Source: Dendrobates tinctorius
Taxonomy: Eukaryota
Assembly (NCBI RefSeq): GCF_039654945.1
Contig: NW_027361882.1
Location: 1,736,001-1,800,000 of the forward strand
DNA length: 64,000 nt
Direction of reading: 5' to 3'
The translations under genes and the position numbers were made by a program. Of the stretch, positions 1 to 12,937 are shown piece after piece (within the stretch, counting starts at the first letter, position 1; the number at the start of each line of letters is the position of its first letter). A model generated the notes under the pieces. It was not told the origin of the DNA, searched no databases, and worked only from the letters and a program-made list of their open reading frames with translations.

Positions 1-708
<708 letters not shown>

Positions 709-1039
709 TAGGAGTGTATTTATGGCACTGTCCTTCACTATTATTTGGGTAAACAGAAAGCAAAAACACAAATATCTTGAAATAAAAAGTAAAAAAAATA
801 AACTGCAAATAATGCATAAAGGTAATAATAAGGGTATTTAGTAAACATAATTTTAATCAAAATAATGTACAAACCATCCCGCCACGTCACGGCAACCCTT
901 GTGGGACAGTCCCTACTCTAGTATTTAAAACCTTTTCACTTGCCAAGTGACATGAATGTGAACAAGGATCGAGCGGCTGAACCACTAGTAAAAGTTTAGG
1001 CCAGACAGGATGGTTTTCCCAGCTCAGAAAGAGGGCGGT

Positions 1040-1432
1040 TTTTTACTATTTGGGTGCAGTATAACTGTGTATTTGTGGTGCTGCCTGTCTCTGTTATTTG
1101 GGTGCAGTACAGGAGTGTAATTGTGGCACTGCCCGTCACCGTTGTTTGGATGCAGTATAAGAGTGTATTTATGACACTGCCCATCACTGTAATTTGGGTG
1201 CAGTATAGGGAGTGTTTGTGGTACTGCCCTCGTTGTTATTTGGGTGCACTATAAGTGTGTATTTGTGGTACTGCCCGTCACTGTTATTTGGGTGCAGTAT
1301 AGGAGTGTATTTATGGTACTGCCCGTCACTGTTATTTGGGTGCAGCATAGGAGTGTATTTGTGGTACTGCCCGGCGCTGCTATTTGGGTGGAGTAAACTA
1401 GTGTATTTATGGCACTGTCCATCACTGTTATT
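1040..1432. repeat. 48-bp minisatellite, ~8 copies, plus a partial copy at 711-750
   Basis: Unit GGGTGCAGTATAGGAGTGTATTTGTGGTACTGCCCGTCACTGTTATTT. Confidence 0.9.
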
Positions 1433-1944
1433 TAAAAAATGAGTAAAATTTCCACTTCTAAAAGTGTTAAGATTACTGATACTTGCATCAAAGTTTTCTT
1501 CCATGAGTTTGTCATATTGAAATCATTGTATAACATTATAATAATTGCGGAAAATTACCTTTCAAATTCGATCTATAAAGTTTGAAAGCTTTTTAAAACA
1601 TGTAATAATGCCAGCATTGTCTGATACAAATGTCAATAATGCTCTGAAGAATTAATGTAACCCTCGTAACCGGAGCCTTCCACCAAGCTTTTTAAGTCTT
1701 TGTGAAGACCAAGAAAGGAAGGGCTTCATAATGGAAAAGCACAGAACGTATCAGAAGAGCCCCATTAGTCTCAATAACTATAAAGATCATATAATATTGT
1801 TATCACTCAGAACTTTACTCCTGTCTAGTCCTCAAGGCTGAGGTTTATAAAAAAGGAAAGTTAGTCTTTATGTTAACCTGTAATTAACTATAGTACCAAA
1901 ATTAGTGAAGAAATCATTCACTGCAACGTAAAAAACATATACTA

Positions 1945-4900
1945 GTGCCCCCTATGTCTATATGTACAAGATATACGTTGACTACTGTAATACTGCTCCT
2001 ACGTACAAGAATATAACTACTATAATACTGCTCCTATGTACAAGAATATAACTACTATAATACTGCTCCTATGTACCGGAATATAACTACTATAATACTG
2101 CCCCTATATACAAGAATGTAACTACTATAATACTGCCCCTATGTACAAGACTATAACTACTATAATACTGCTCCTATGTACAAGAATATAACTACTATAA
2201 TACTGCCCCCTATGTACAAGAATATAACTACTATAATACTGCTCCTATGTACAAGAATATAACTACTATAATACTGCCCCCTATGTACAAGAATGTAACT
2301 ACTATAATACTGCCCCCTATGTACAATAATATAACTACTATAATACTGCCCCCTATGTACATGAATATAACTACTATAATACTGTTCCTATGTATAAGAA
2401 TATAACTACTATAATGCTGCTCGTATGTTCAAGAATATAACTACTATAATACTGCTCCTATGTACAAGAATATAACTCCTATAATACTGCCCCCTATGTA
2501 CAATAATATAACTACTATAATACTGCCCCTATGTTCAAGAATATAACTCCTATAATACTGCCCCCTATGTACAAGAATATAACTACTATAATACTGCTCC
2601 TATGTACAAGAATATAACTACTATAATACTGCTCCTATGCACAAGAATATAACTACTATAATACTGCTCCTATGTATAAGAATATAACTACTATAATACT
2701 GCTTCTATGTACAATAATATAGCTACTATAATACTGCCCTATGTACAAGAATATAACTACTATAATACTGCTTCTATGTACAAGAATATAACTACTATAA
2801 TATAGCCCCCTATGTACAAGAATATAACTACTGTAATACCGCTCCTATGTACAAGAATATATTTACTATAATACTGCTTCTGTGTACAAGAATATACCTA
2901 CTATAATACTGCCCCTATGTTCAAGAATATAACTCCTATAATACTGCCCCCTATGTACAAGAATATAACTACTATAATACTGCCCCTATGTACAAGAATA
3001 TAACTACTATAATACTGCCCCTATGTTCAAGAATATAACTACTATAATACTGCTCCCTATGTACAAGAATATAACTACTATAATACTGCTCCTATGTACA
3101 AGAATATAACTACTATAATACTGCTTCTATGTACAAGAATATAGCTACTATAATACTGCCCTGTGTACAAGAATATAACTACTATAATACCGCTCCTATG
3201 TACAAGAATATATCTACTATAATACTGCTTCTGTGTACAAGAATATACCTACTATAATACTGCTCCTATGTTCAAGAATATAACTCCTATAATACTGCCC
3301 CTATGTACAAGAATATAACTACTATAATACTGCTCCTATGTACAAGAATATAACTACTATAATATTGCTCCTATGCACAAGAATATAACTACTATAATAC
3401 TGCTCCCTATGTACAAGAATATAACTACTATAATACTGCTCCTATGTACAAGAATATAACTACTATAATACTGCTTCTATGTACAATAATATAGCTACTA
3501 TAATACTGCCCTATGTACAAGAATATAACTACTATAATACAGCCCCCTATGTACAAGAATATAACTACTGTAATACCGCTCCTATGTACAAGAATATATC
3601 TACTATAATACTGCTTCTGTGTACAAGAATATACCTACTATAATACTGCCCCCTATATACAATAATATAACTACAATAATACTGCCCCTATGTACAAGAA
3701 TATAACTCCTATAATACTGCCCCCTATGTACAAGAATATAACTACTATAATACTGCTCCTATGTACAAGAATATAACTACTATAATACTGCTCGTATGTT
3801 CAAGAATATAACTACTATAATACTGCTCCTATGTACAAGAATATAACTACTATAATACTGCCCCCTATGTACAATAATATAACTACTATAATACTGCTCC
3901 TATGTACAAGAATATAACTACTATAATACTGCTTCTATGTACAAGAATATAGCTACTATAATACTGCCCTATGTACAAGAATATAACTACTATAATACTG
4001 CTTCTATGTACAATAATATAGCTACTATAATACTGCCCTATGTACAAGAATATAACTACTATAATACAGCCCCCTATGTACAAGAATATAACTACTGTAA
4101 TACCGCTCCTATGTACAAGAATATATCTACTATAATACTGCTTCTGTGTACAAGAATATACCTACTATAATATTGCCCCCTATATACAATAATATAACTA
4201 CTATAATACTGCCACTATGTACAAGAATATAACTACTATAATACTGCCCCTATGTACAAGAATATAACTCCTATAATACTGCCCCCTATGTACAAGAATA
4301 TAACTACTATAATAATGCTCCTATGTACAAGAATATAACTACTATAATACTGCTCGTATGTTCAAGAATATAACTACTATAATACTGCTCCTATGTACAA
4401 GAATATAACTACTATAATACTGCCCCCTATGTACAATAATATAACTACTATAATACTGCCACTATGTACAAGAATATAACTACTATAATACTGCCCCTAT
4501 GTTCAAGAATATAACTACTATAATAATGCTCCTATGTACAAGAATATAACTACTATAATACTGCTTCTATGTACAAGAATATAACTACTATAATACTGCC
4601 CCTATGTACAAGAATATAACTACTGTAATACCGCTCCTATGTACAAGAATATATCTACTATAATACTGCCCCTATGTACAAGAATATAACTACTGTAATA
4701 CCGCTCCTATGTACAATAATATACCTACTATAATACTGCCCCCTATATACAATAATATAACTACAATAATACTGCCCCTATGTACAAGAATATAACTACT
4801 ATAATACTGCCCCTACGTACAAGAATATAACTACTATAATACTGCCCCTATGTACAAGAATATAACGACTATAATACTGCTCACTATGTACAAGAATATA

Positions 4901-7003
4901 ACTACTATAATACTGCTTCTCTGTACAAGAATATAACTACTATAATACTGCTCCTATGTACAAGAATATAACTACTATAGTACTGCCCCCTATGTACAAT
5001 AATATATCTAGTATAATACTGCCCCTATGTTCAAGAATATAACTCCTATAATACTACCCCTATGTACAATAACATATCTACTATAATACTGCCCCTATAT
5101 ACAAGAATATAACTACTATAATACTGCCCCCTATGTACAAGAATATAACTACTATAATACTGCTCCCTATGTACAAGAATATAACTACTGTAATACTGCT
5201 CCTATGTACAAGAATATAACTACTATAATACTGCCCCTATGTACAAGAACATAACTACTATAATACTGCCCCTATGTACAAGAATATAACTACTATAATA
5301 CTGCCCCTATGTACAAGAATATAACTACTATAATACTGCCTCCTATGTACAAGAATATAACTACTATAATACTGCCCCTATGTACAAGAATATAACTACT
5401 ATAATACTGCCTCCTATGTACAAGAATATAACTACTATAATACTGCCCCCTATGTACAAGAATATAACTACTATAATACTGCTCCCTATGTACAAGAATA
5501 TAACTGCTATAATACTGCTCCTATGTACAAGAATATAACTACTATAATACTGCTTCTATGTACAAGAATATAGCTACTATAATACTGCCCTATGTACAAG
5601 AATATAACTACTATAATACTGCTTCTATGTACAAGAATATAACTACTATAATACTGCCCCTATGTACAAGAATATAACTACTGTAATACCGCTCCTATGT
5701 ACAAGAATATATCTACTATAATATTGCCCCTATGTACAAGAATATAACTACTGTAATACCGCTCCTATGTACAAGAATATGCCTACTATAATACTGCTCC
5801 TATGTACAAGAATATAACTACTATAATACTGCCCCTATATACAATAATATAACTACAATAATACTGCCCCTATATACAAGAATATAACTACTATAATACT
5901 GCCCCTATGTACAAGAATATAACTACTATAATACTGCCCCTATGTACAAGAATATAACGACTATAATACTGCTCACTATGTACAAGAATATAACTACTAT
6001 AATACTGCTTCTCTGTACAAGAATATAACTACTATAATACTGCTCCTATGTACAAGAATATAACTACTATAATACTGCCCCTATGTACAATAATATATCT
6101 ACTATAATACTGCCCCTATGTTCAAGAATATAACTCCTATAATACTGCCCCCTATGTACAATAACATATCTGCTATAATACTGCCCCTATATACAAGAAT
6201 ATAACTACTATAATACTGCCCCCTATGTACAAGAATATAACTACTATAATACTGCCCTTATATACAAGAATATAGCTACTATAATACTGCTCCCTATGTA
6301 CAAGAATATAACTACTATAATACTGCCCCTATGTACAAGAACATAACTACTATAATACTGCCCCTATGTACAAGAATATAACTACTATAATACTGCCTCT
6401 TATGTACAAGAATATAACTACTATAATACTGCTCCCTATGTACAAGAATATAACTACTATAATACTGCCCCTATGTACAAGAACATAACTACTATAATAC
6501 TACCCCTATGTACAAGAATATAACTACTATAATACTGCCCCTATGTACAAGAACATAACTACTATAATACTGCCCCTATGTACAAGAATATAACTACTAT
6601 AATACTGCCTCTTATGTACAAGAATATAACTACTATAATACTGCTCCCTATGTACAAGAATATAACTACTACAATACTGCCCCTATGTACAAGAATATAA
6701 CTACTATAATACTGCTCCCTATGTACAAGAATATAACTACTATAATACTGCCCTTATATACAAGAATATAGCTACTATAATACTGCTCCCTATGTACAAG
6801 AATATAACTACTATAATACTGCCCCTATGTACAAGAACATAACTACTATAATACTGCCCCTATATACAATAATATAACTACAATAATACTGCCCCTATAT
6901 ACAAGAATATAACTACTATAATACTGCCCCTATGTACAAGAATATAACTACTATAATACTGCCCCTATGTACAAGAATATAACTACTATAATACTGCCTC
7001 CTA
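1945..7003. repeat. 35-bp AT-rich satellite, array 1 (~140 units)
   Basis: Unit TATGTACAAGAATATAACTACTATAATACTGC(C/T)CC with 34-36 bp variants; first units degenerate. Confidence 0.97.
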
Positions 7004-10000
7004 GCTGTGAGGTTGTGTGTTTGTAGCTCTCCTGATGTCTGGAGCAAGCCCAGGGGGAGGCCACCCTGGGCGGGGTAACTCCCCAAGCAAGGCCCAGGCT
7101 TCCAGGCCTACACTTGGAAGTAACGCTCAAGTTGTGTCTAAGGCGGATGCAAGTCCCAAAGTTGTTTCTGATGGAAAGAAAGCTCAGAATGGAAGTAGCA
7201 GCAGCAGCAGCAAGAAAGATGAAGCTGTGAAAGTGCAAAAAGTAACGGAACAAGGAAAAGCCATGGCTGTGGGTAAGAAAGTTCCAGTTAAGCAGTCGGC
7301 CAGCCAAGGCAAGCAGAGTGAAGGACAACTAGGAGAAATCCAGAAGAAATCTACTGGTGAGAAGCTGAATGGAGGAAAGCAGCCTGCAGCTCAGGAGGTG
7401 CCATCACCATCTTCAGGTGTGCAGCTGACTCCCAGCAGACAGAGGAGAACCTCACTGGAGAGACAGACGCTCCAGGAGAACCTGCAGCAGAAGCATGTGG
7501 TGGCCAGCATGGCGAGCTCTGGGCGCACAAGGTCGCAGTCAGGTGGCAGCAGTAAAAGTGCTGTGGAGCCTGGAGCCACGAAACCAGCGGTGGTGAAAGT
7601 TAAGGAGACGTCTGGTTTCAAGCATCCAGGGACATTGCTGAAAGCAGGATCCCAGGAGGAGACGCCACGTGCACCTGAGCTTCAGGTCGCAGAGGAGATC
7701 CCAGGACTGGTCAAGAGGCTCGGTGAGTTACAGCAGCACAAAGACTTGCTGCAGAAGCAAATAGAAATGGGCTATAATGTAAAGGCTGCTAATCCTGGTG
7801 GAGATCACACCTTTTGTGATCAGACTCTGAACATGCTTGGTATACAGCTGGCAAAAGTGGTGACGGACATGGACTGTGTCCTAGAGAAGATGGGGCCCCT
7901 GGCAGAGACTTATAGGAACCAGGAACTGTTTATGTCACACAAGCAGGACTCTGCAGGTTCCAGCTCAGACATTGTCCCAGGTGAGCCCCAGAAGCCGGTG
8001 CGGCCAGTGCTGCAGCCTGCAAGTTTCTGCTTCCAAAAGGGTCAAATGCTGCAGCCGCAGCAGCCTGCGGCAGACCCCAAGCAGCAGCATGTTATGCAGA
8101 TTCCAGCAGGTGTACCACAAGTCTCAGAATGCCCAGCACAGCAGCCTGCAGAAGATTCCAAGCAGCAGCATGGACTGCACTTTCCAGCAGAGGGACTACA
8201 AGTCTCAGAATGCCAAGCACAACAGTTGGGCAGTGGACATGTGCCGGTCATTACTGATGGTGCCCAGCAGGGCTCTGATGCTGGGGATAACCGCGCTGTA
8301 TCTGGGGGGCTGGGGGCTTGGGGGAGCACAGTATCTTTGGTGGACGCTGCACAGTCTGATAATGACATTGATGTTGATGATAACAATGTGCATGATAATG
8401 TCTGTGATTTCCCCCCTTTAATTTCAAGCACACAAGGTGTGGCTGCCCCTCCTGCTGCAGATCTTCACCCCGTCAGTCAACCCAATGTGACCCCGCACGG
8501 TCCCCCCAGTAATGCCTGGAGTCGTGGTGCTCCGTCCTTTACCTCTGGTACCAACTATACAGGCCAGGCGTTTAAACTGAGAAACGTTGTGCGTTTCCGG
8601 CACAGAGGTGCCAAGGAGGACCTGCCAGACAGGAGGTTTGTCATCAGGGAGCTCTTGTGCCACCAGATGGGGTTTGTGCCAGTCAGCATCCTGGCAGTGA
8701 TTAATCTTCCAGACAGGCAGGGCTATGATGTCAGCTTTAAGCTCATGTCTGACCTGGACAGATTCTGGTCTAGTTTCCCCAAGTTTAGAGACACGGAGGG
8801 CTGGAGTAAGTTCAGCTTTATTCCTATCTCTAAGCCAGATACTGTCACTGTAAGTGTCATCTTCTGGAATGAGTCTGTTCCCCCGCAGGACATTGTGGTG
8901 TGGCTCCGGAGGCATTGTGACCTGGTCTCTGACCTCACCAAAAGCAGAGACAGTGATGGGATCTGGACGGGAGGGTGGCGGGTTTTGGTGAAGCTGCGCC
9001 AGTGCAATAACATCACTGCCCATTTACCCAACTCCTTCTTTATTGGGAGGGAGAGGGGTGTGTGTTTCTATCCTGGGCAGCCTCGTAAGTGCTTTAAATG
9101 TGGCAAGGCAGGTCACCTGGCAAATACCTGTACTGTGGTGAAGTGCAGCCTGTGTGGGGAGGTCGGCCATCTAGCTGCAGACTGCCAGAACATCAGGTGC
9201 AACCTCTGTGGGAAGATCGGTCACCCTCACAGGGACTGTCCAGACGCCTGGCACAATATCTGTAAGGACTTTCCTGACGAGGACTTGGTGGCAGGGGCAG
9301 AGATTCTGGAGGAGGCAGCTTTACTGTCAGGGGAAATACTGACCAGACCAGAGGTCCACCAGGGGTCTACTCAGCTAACACCAGAGCAGCAGGGTTCAGA
9401 GAGAGAACAGGGGAGTATGGAGGTTGTACCTCAGGGGCAGCGGTCACAGGAAGGCATTACTTCAGTGCTGCCATCTGTGTCTGACGAGTATAGCAATAAT
9501 CAGAAAAGGAAGAAAAAGGACAAGGCCTCCCGTTAACCTGAGGGGTATGACACTGGCCAAGGAGCCGGGAAGAAATTCCAGAGCTCTGCAGGTGTAATGG
9601 TCGTATCTAACAGGTTTGATGTTCTGTCTGAGTCTGACGGCGATTTTGAAGATGACCTTAAAAGAATTGACGCAGAGTGTGATAGGGACGTAGAGGACTG
9701 TCCTCCGCCAAAGCGGAAGCCCTTACCTGAGGGCACTCGGGTAGAGTCTGAGATGGAGACCGGTGGTGAACAGAATAACTCCGACTCAGATCTGTGACGC
9801 CGTCAACCAGATAATGTCCAAACTCAGATAGGGAAAATCATTAGGAGAAATTAGGAAATGTTAAGATAGAGAAGGATGAGTCACTGGGTAGGAACATGAT
9901 GAGCTCTGTTTGCAAAGTGTTTTTTTTTTTTTTTTTTCTCTCCTCAAACTACGAGTATGGACTCTAAGTTAATTTGATATGTATAAACTGGATATGTAAT

Positions 10001-10084
10001 GAATGTATGTACAATCCTAGTGAATTCAGTTTTGTATTATTGGAGGAATGTTATTTGGATTTGTTTGGTTTTTACAATAAAAAT
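7004..10084 (+). mobile_element. ORF1-only L1/Tx1-like non-LTR retroelement inserted in the 35-bp satellite
   Basis: Unique sequence bounded on both sides by satellite. About 31-nt 5' UTR, one long gag-like ORF, ~290-nt T-rich 3' region with AATAAA at 10076-10081. Imperfect duplicated target TGCCTCCTA (6995-7003) / TGCCCCTA (10085-10092). No EN/RT ORF. Confidence 0.8.
7035..9536 (+). CDS. ORF1p/ZCCHC3-like zinc-knuckle RNA-binding protein (833 aa from ATG 7035; frame continues to 9797 after one TAA)
   Basis: K/S/Q-rich N-terminus, predicted coiled coil (EEIPGLVKRLGELQQ...), RRM-like segment (NVVRFRH...GYDVSFK...VWLRRHCD...GIWTGGWRVLVKL...HLPNSFFIGRERGVCFYPGQPRKC). Three CX2CX4HX4C knuckles (CFKCGKAGHLANTC, CSLCGEVGHLAADC, CNLCGKIGHPHRDC) and a basic KRKKKDK tract. 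Confidence 0.88.
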   Translation: MSGASPGGGHPGRGNSPSKAQASRPTLGSNAQVVSKADASPKVVSDGKKAQNGSSSSSSKKDEAVKVQKVTEQGKAMAVGKKVPVKQSASQGKQSEGQLGEIQKKSTGEKLNGGKQPAAQEVPSPSSGVQLTPSRQRRTSLERQTLQENLQQKHVVASMASSGRTRSQSGGSSKSAVEPGATKPAVVKVKETSGFKHPGTLLKAGSQEETPRAPELQVAEEIPGLVKRLGELQQHKDLLQKQIEMGYNVKAANPGGDHTFCDQTLNMLGIQLAKVVTDMDCVLEKMGPLAETYRNQELFMSHKQDSAGSSSDIVPGEPQKPVRPVLQPASFCFQKGQMLQPQQPAADPKQQHVMQIPAGVPQVSECPAQQPAEDSKQQHGLHFPAEGLQVSECQAQQLGSGHVPVITDGAQQGSDAGDNRAVSGGLGAWGSTVSLVDAAQSDNDIDVDDNNVHDNVCDFPPLISSTQGVAAPPAADLHPVSQPNVTPHGPPSNAWSRGAPSFTSGTNYTGQAFKLRNVVRFRHRGAKEDLPDRRFVIRELLCHQMGFVPVSILAVINLPDRQGYDVSFKLMSDLDRFWSSFPKFRDTEGWSKFSFIPISKPDTVTVSVIFWNESVPPQDIVVWLRRHCDLVSDLTKSRDSDGIWTGGWRVLVKLRQCNNITAHLPNSFFIGRERGVCFYPGQPRKCFKCGKAGHLANTCTVVKCSLCGEVGHLAADCQNIRCNLCGKIGHPHRDCPDAWHNICKDFPDEDLVAGAEILEEAALLSGEILTRPEVHQGSTQLTPEQQGSEREQGSMEVVPQGQRSQEGITSVLPSVSDEYSNNQKRKKKDKASR

Positions 10085-10808
10085 TGCCCCTATATACAAG
10101 AATATAACTACTGTAATACTGCCCCTATGTACAAGAATATAACTACTATAATACTGCCCCTATGTACAAGAATATAACTACTATAATACTGCCCCTATGT
10201 ACAAGAATATAACTACTATAATACTGCCTCCTATGTACAAGAATATAACTACTATAATACTGCTCCCTATGTACAAGAATATAACTACTATAATACTGCC
10301 CCTATGTACAAGAATATAACTACTATAATACTGCCCCTATGTACAAGAATATAACTACTATAATACTGCCCCTATGTACAAGAATATAACTACTATAATA
10401 CTGCTCCTATGTACAAGAATATAACTACTATAATACTGCTCCTATGTACAAGAATATAACTACTATAATACTGCTCCTATGTACAAGAATATAACTACTA
10501 TAATACTGCCCCTATGTACAAGAATATAACTACTATAATACTGCTCCTATGTACAAGAATATAACTACTACAATACTGCCCCTATGTACAAGAATATAAC
10601 TACTATAATACTGCCCCCTATGTACAAGAATATAACTACTATAATACTGCTCCTATGTACAAGAATATAACTACTATAATACTGCCCCCTATGTACAATA
10701 ATATAACTACTATAATACTGCCCCTATGTACAAGAATATAACTACTATAATACTGCTCCTATGTATAAGGATATAACTACTATAATACTGCTTCTATGTA
10801 CAAGAATA
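10085..10808. repeat. 35-bp satellite, array 2 (~20 units), continuation after the insertion
   Basis: Same unit and orientation as array 1. Confidence 0.97.
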
Positions 10809-12517
10809 GAACGACCTACAATAAGGCTCTGTCCTGACTCTCATGCTTTGTAACTTCCTCATGTGTAGATGTGTAATGTTTTTACCATTTATCGATGATG
10901 AGTTTCTGCCCTGTTATGCCCGTCTTTGCTTCTTCTACCTCTGACCACCAGCGCCTTCTCCTGGATCCTGCTACCCACCATCCTTCCTCCTATTAACAGT
11001 ATTTCACGTGTCTTCCGCTTTCTCCTTTCCTTTATGACTTTGATACCAGTTTCTTGCCTTTGCTCTGTCATCGCTGGCCTTGGATTGCTTCCGCGTTCCT
11101 TCATGCCTGTAGCAGATCCCGCTTCTGTATACATCGAGTGTGACTATTTCCAGAGGACTTTCAGTAACCTCACTGATAATGTCATTGTGGAGTCGTCTCC
11201 CTTACCAAACACATTAGGATCACTTCCAATGCCCATGAGAGGAATTTTCTCACTCTCCTTTGTCTTTCATTGGAGCAGCACGAAACTAGCGTGCCAATCA
11301 GGCGACATAAAATTAAAGGCACCGAATTATCACCCAGAGAGGTGTCCCCATTATGTCTTAACACATTAGATGCAACCACATTAACTAAAGTACTCTGCAA
11401 TTACTCAACCTTTAACAGCACCAAAAATCACCTCCAGAAATTCATCACTATTCCCTCTGGATTTAATTTCTATTACTATTCTGGAAATATTTCCTGTCAG
11501 AATGTGCCCTCCATACGCCACGCAAGGGCACATCACTGCTGAAAAAATATCAATAAATCACCTAAAAAAGAGAATCACATCAAAGTCAAACAGCAAAATG
11601 CCCAAAACTCGGTGAATTAATGGTCGCCTGTGTGAGTTAGGGGTAAGGTTTACCATGTATGGTGCCAAGAACATCTCAGATGTTTGACACCTGGAGGTGA
11701 TACCATGGTGGGTGCCGGGTCTCATCTCATCAAGACAAAGGTAGTTTATTTCTGGAAAAGCTGCGCTCAAGATTGAATTTTCCTAAGGAGAAATGGAGAT
11801 CAAATTTTATTAGGAATCTTCCCAGGATTATGAGATGCAACAAGAGTGGGAAAGTCAGTGGATATTGCTCCACACACGTTCATAGAGGTCATCATGGATA
11901 TCACAAATGGTTTGGATGTAAGAGCTGCCTTCAATATCCTTCCAGTTTGTGCAGGTCAATGACGGGTGCTGTGTGGCCCATCAGCGATAGGAAGCCCATT
12001 TATATCCATTACCCGGGGTGAGCACTGTGGGTGATGGAAGCCAGGAGTCGAAGTGGGTTTGGTAAAAACTGTGAGCAAAATCGGTGGAAACTCGAGAAGA
12101 GCAAAAGACAGACCTAGGCTTTATGTTCTGTGTTCTTCTTGCTTCTGATGGTGATCGTGGTAGAACGGATCCACATTACTGGTTTGTTGGGTTCCAGTCT
12201 TAGAAATCTTGGCCAACATTGCCTCAATATAAAGGGATTGTCTCATCAGATATGAACTCTCTTGAAATGAAGTAATCAGTGTGAATGGGTGACTACTTTG
12301 GATTTTGCTCTTGGGCTCCCTTTCGAAGGGCTGGTTTTGAAGGTAAATCATGTATTTTGTCCTGCAACATCTTCCTAAAATTGGAGTCACTTTTTCAAAG
12401 CACCACGCCGTTCTGGCTTCTAGAGGGCGGGTTCCAATAGCTCAGTTGTTCTGATTGGTCAAGAAGGCGTGAGCAGATGGAATACTGTCATAAGACCACC
12501 CTTCTTATCACAACTCA

Positions 12518-12937
12518 GGCTAGTTTCACACTAGCGTTCTCGGGCACAGCGCAGGGCCGCCGCTAAGCCCCGCCACCACCCACCATCCCTCCAGTCAGTT
12601 CCTCCACTGATCGCATGACGCTGCATGCGATCAGTGTACCCTATATTAGCGTTGGGTATGCTGACCGTGTGTTGGTATGATTTTGCTGGCGTTGCGCCCT
12701 TTTGGCGCTGCGCCCAGTGCACACAAATGGAACACAGAGCGTTTTTGTGCCCTGAGCGCAGCGCCAGCAAAATCATACCAGCGCACGGTCAGCGTACCCA
12801 ATGCTAAATATAGGGTACACTGATAGCATGCAGCATCATGCGATCAGAGGAGGAACTGACCGGAAGGGGGCACGGCCGGTGGCGGGGCTTAGCGGCAGCC
12901 CTGCGCTGCGCCCGAGAACGCTAGTGTGAAACTAGCC
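12518..12937. mobile_element. PIF/Harbinger-like MITE, near-palindromic
   Basis: Termini GGCTAGTTTCACACTAGCG...CGCTAGTGTGAAACTAGCC, arms of ~180 bp, flanked by TCA / TAA (TWA-like target). Confidence 0.8.

Noticed and set aside
751-1039. Insert interrupting the 48-bp array
   Set aside because: Looks like a repeat fragment but has no termini, tail or coding motif that allows classification.
1945-7003. CRISPR-like array of ~35-bp repeats
   Set aside because: Units are head-to-tail with no unique spacers, there are no cas genes, and the context is eukaryotic. It is a satellite.
7017-9536. Host ZCCHC3 gene
   Set aside because: Family similarity only. It sits in a satellite inside another gene's intron with TSD-like junctions and an internal stop, which fits a mobile ORF1. 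No gene symbol assigned.
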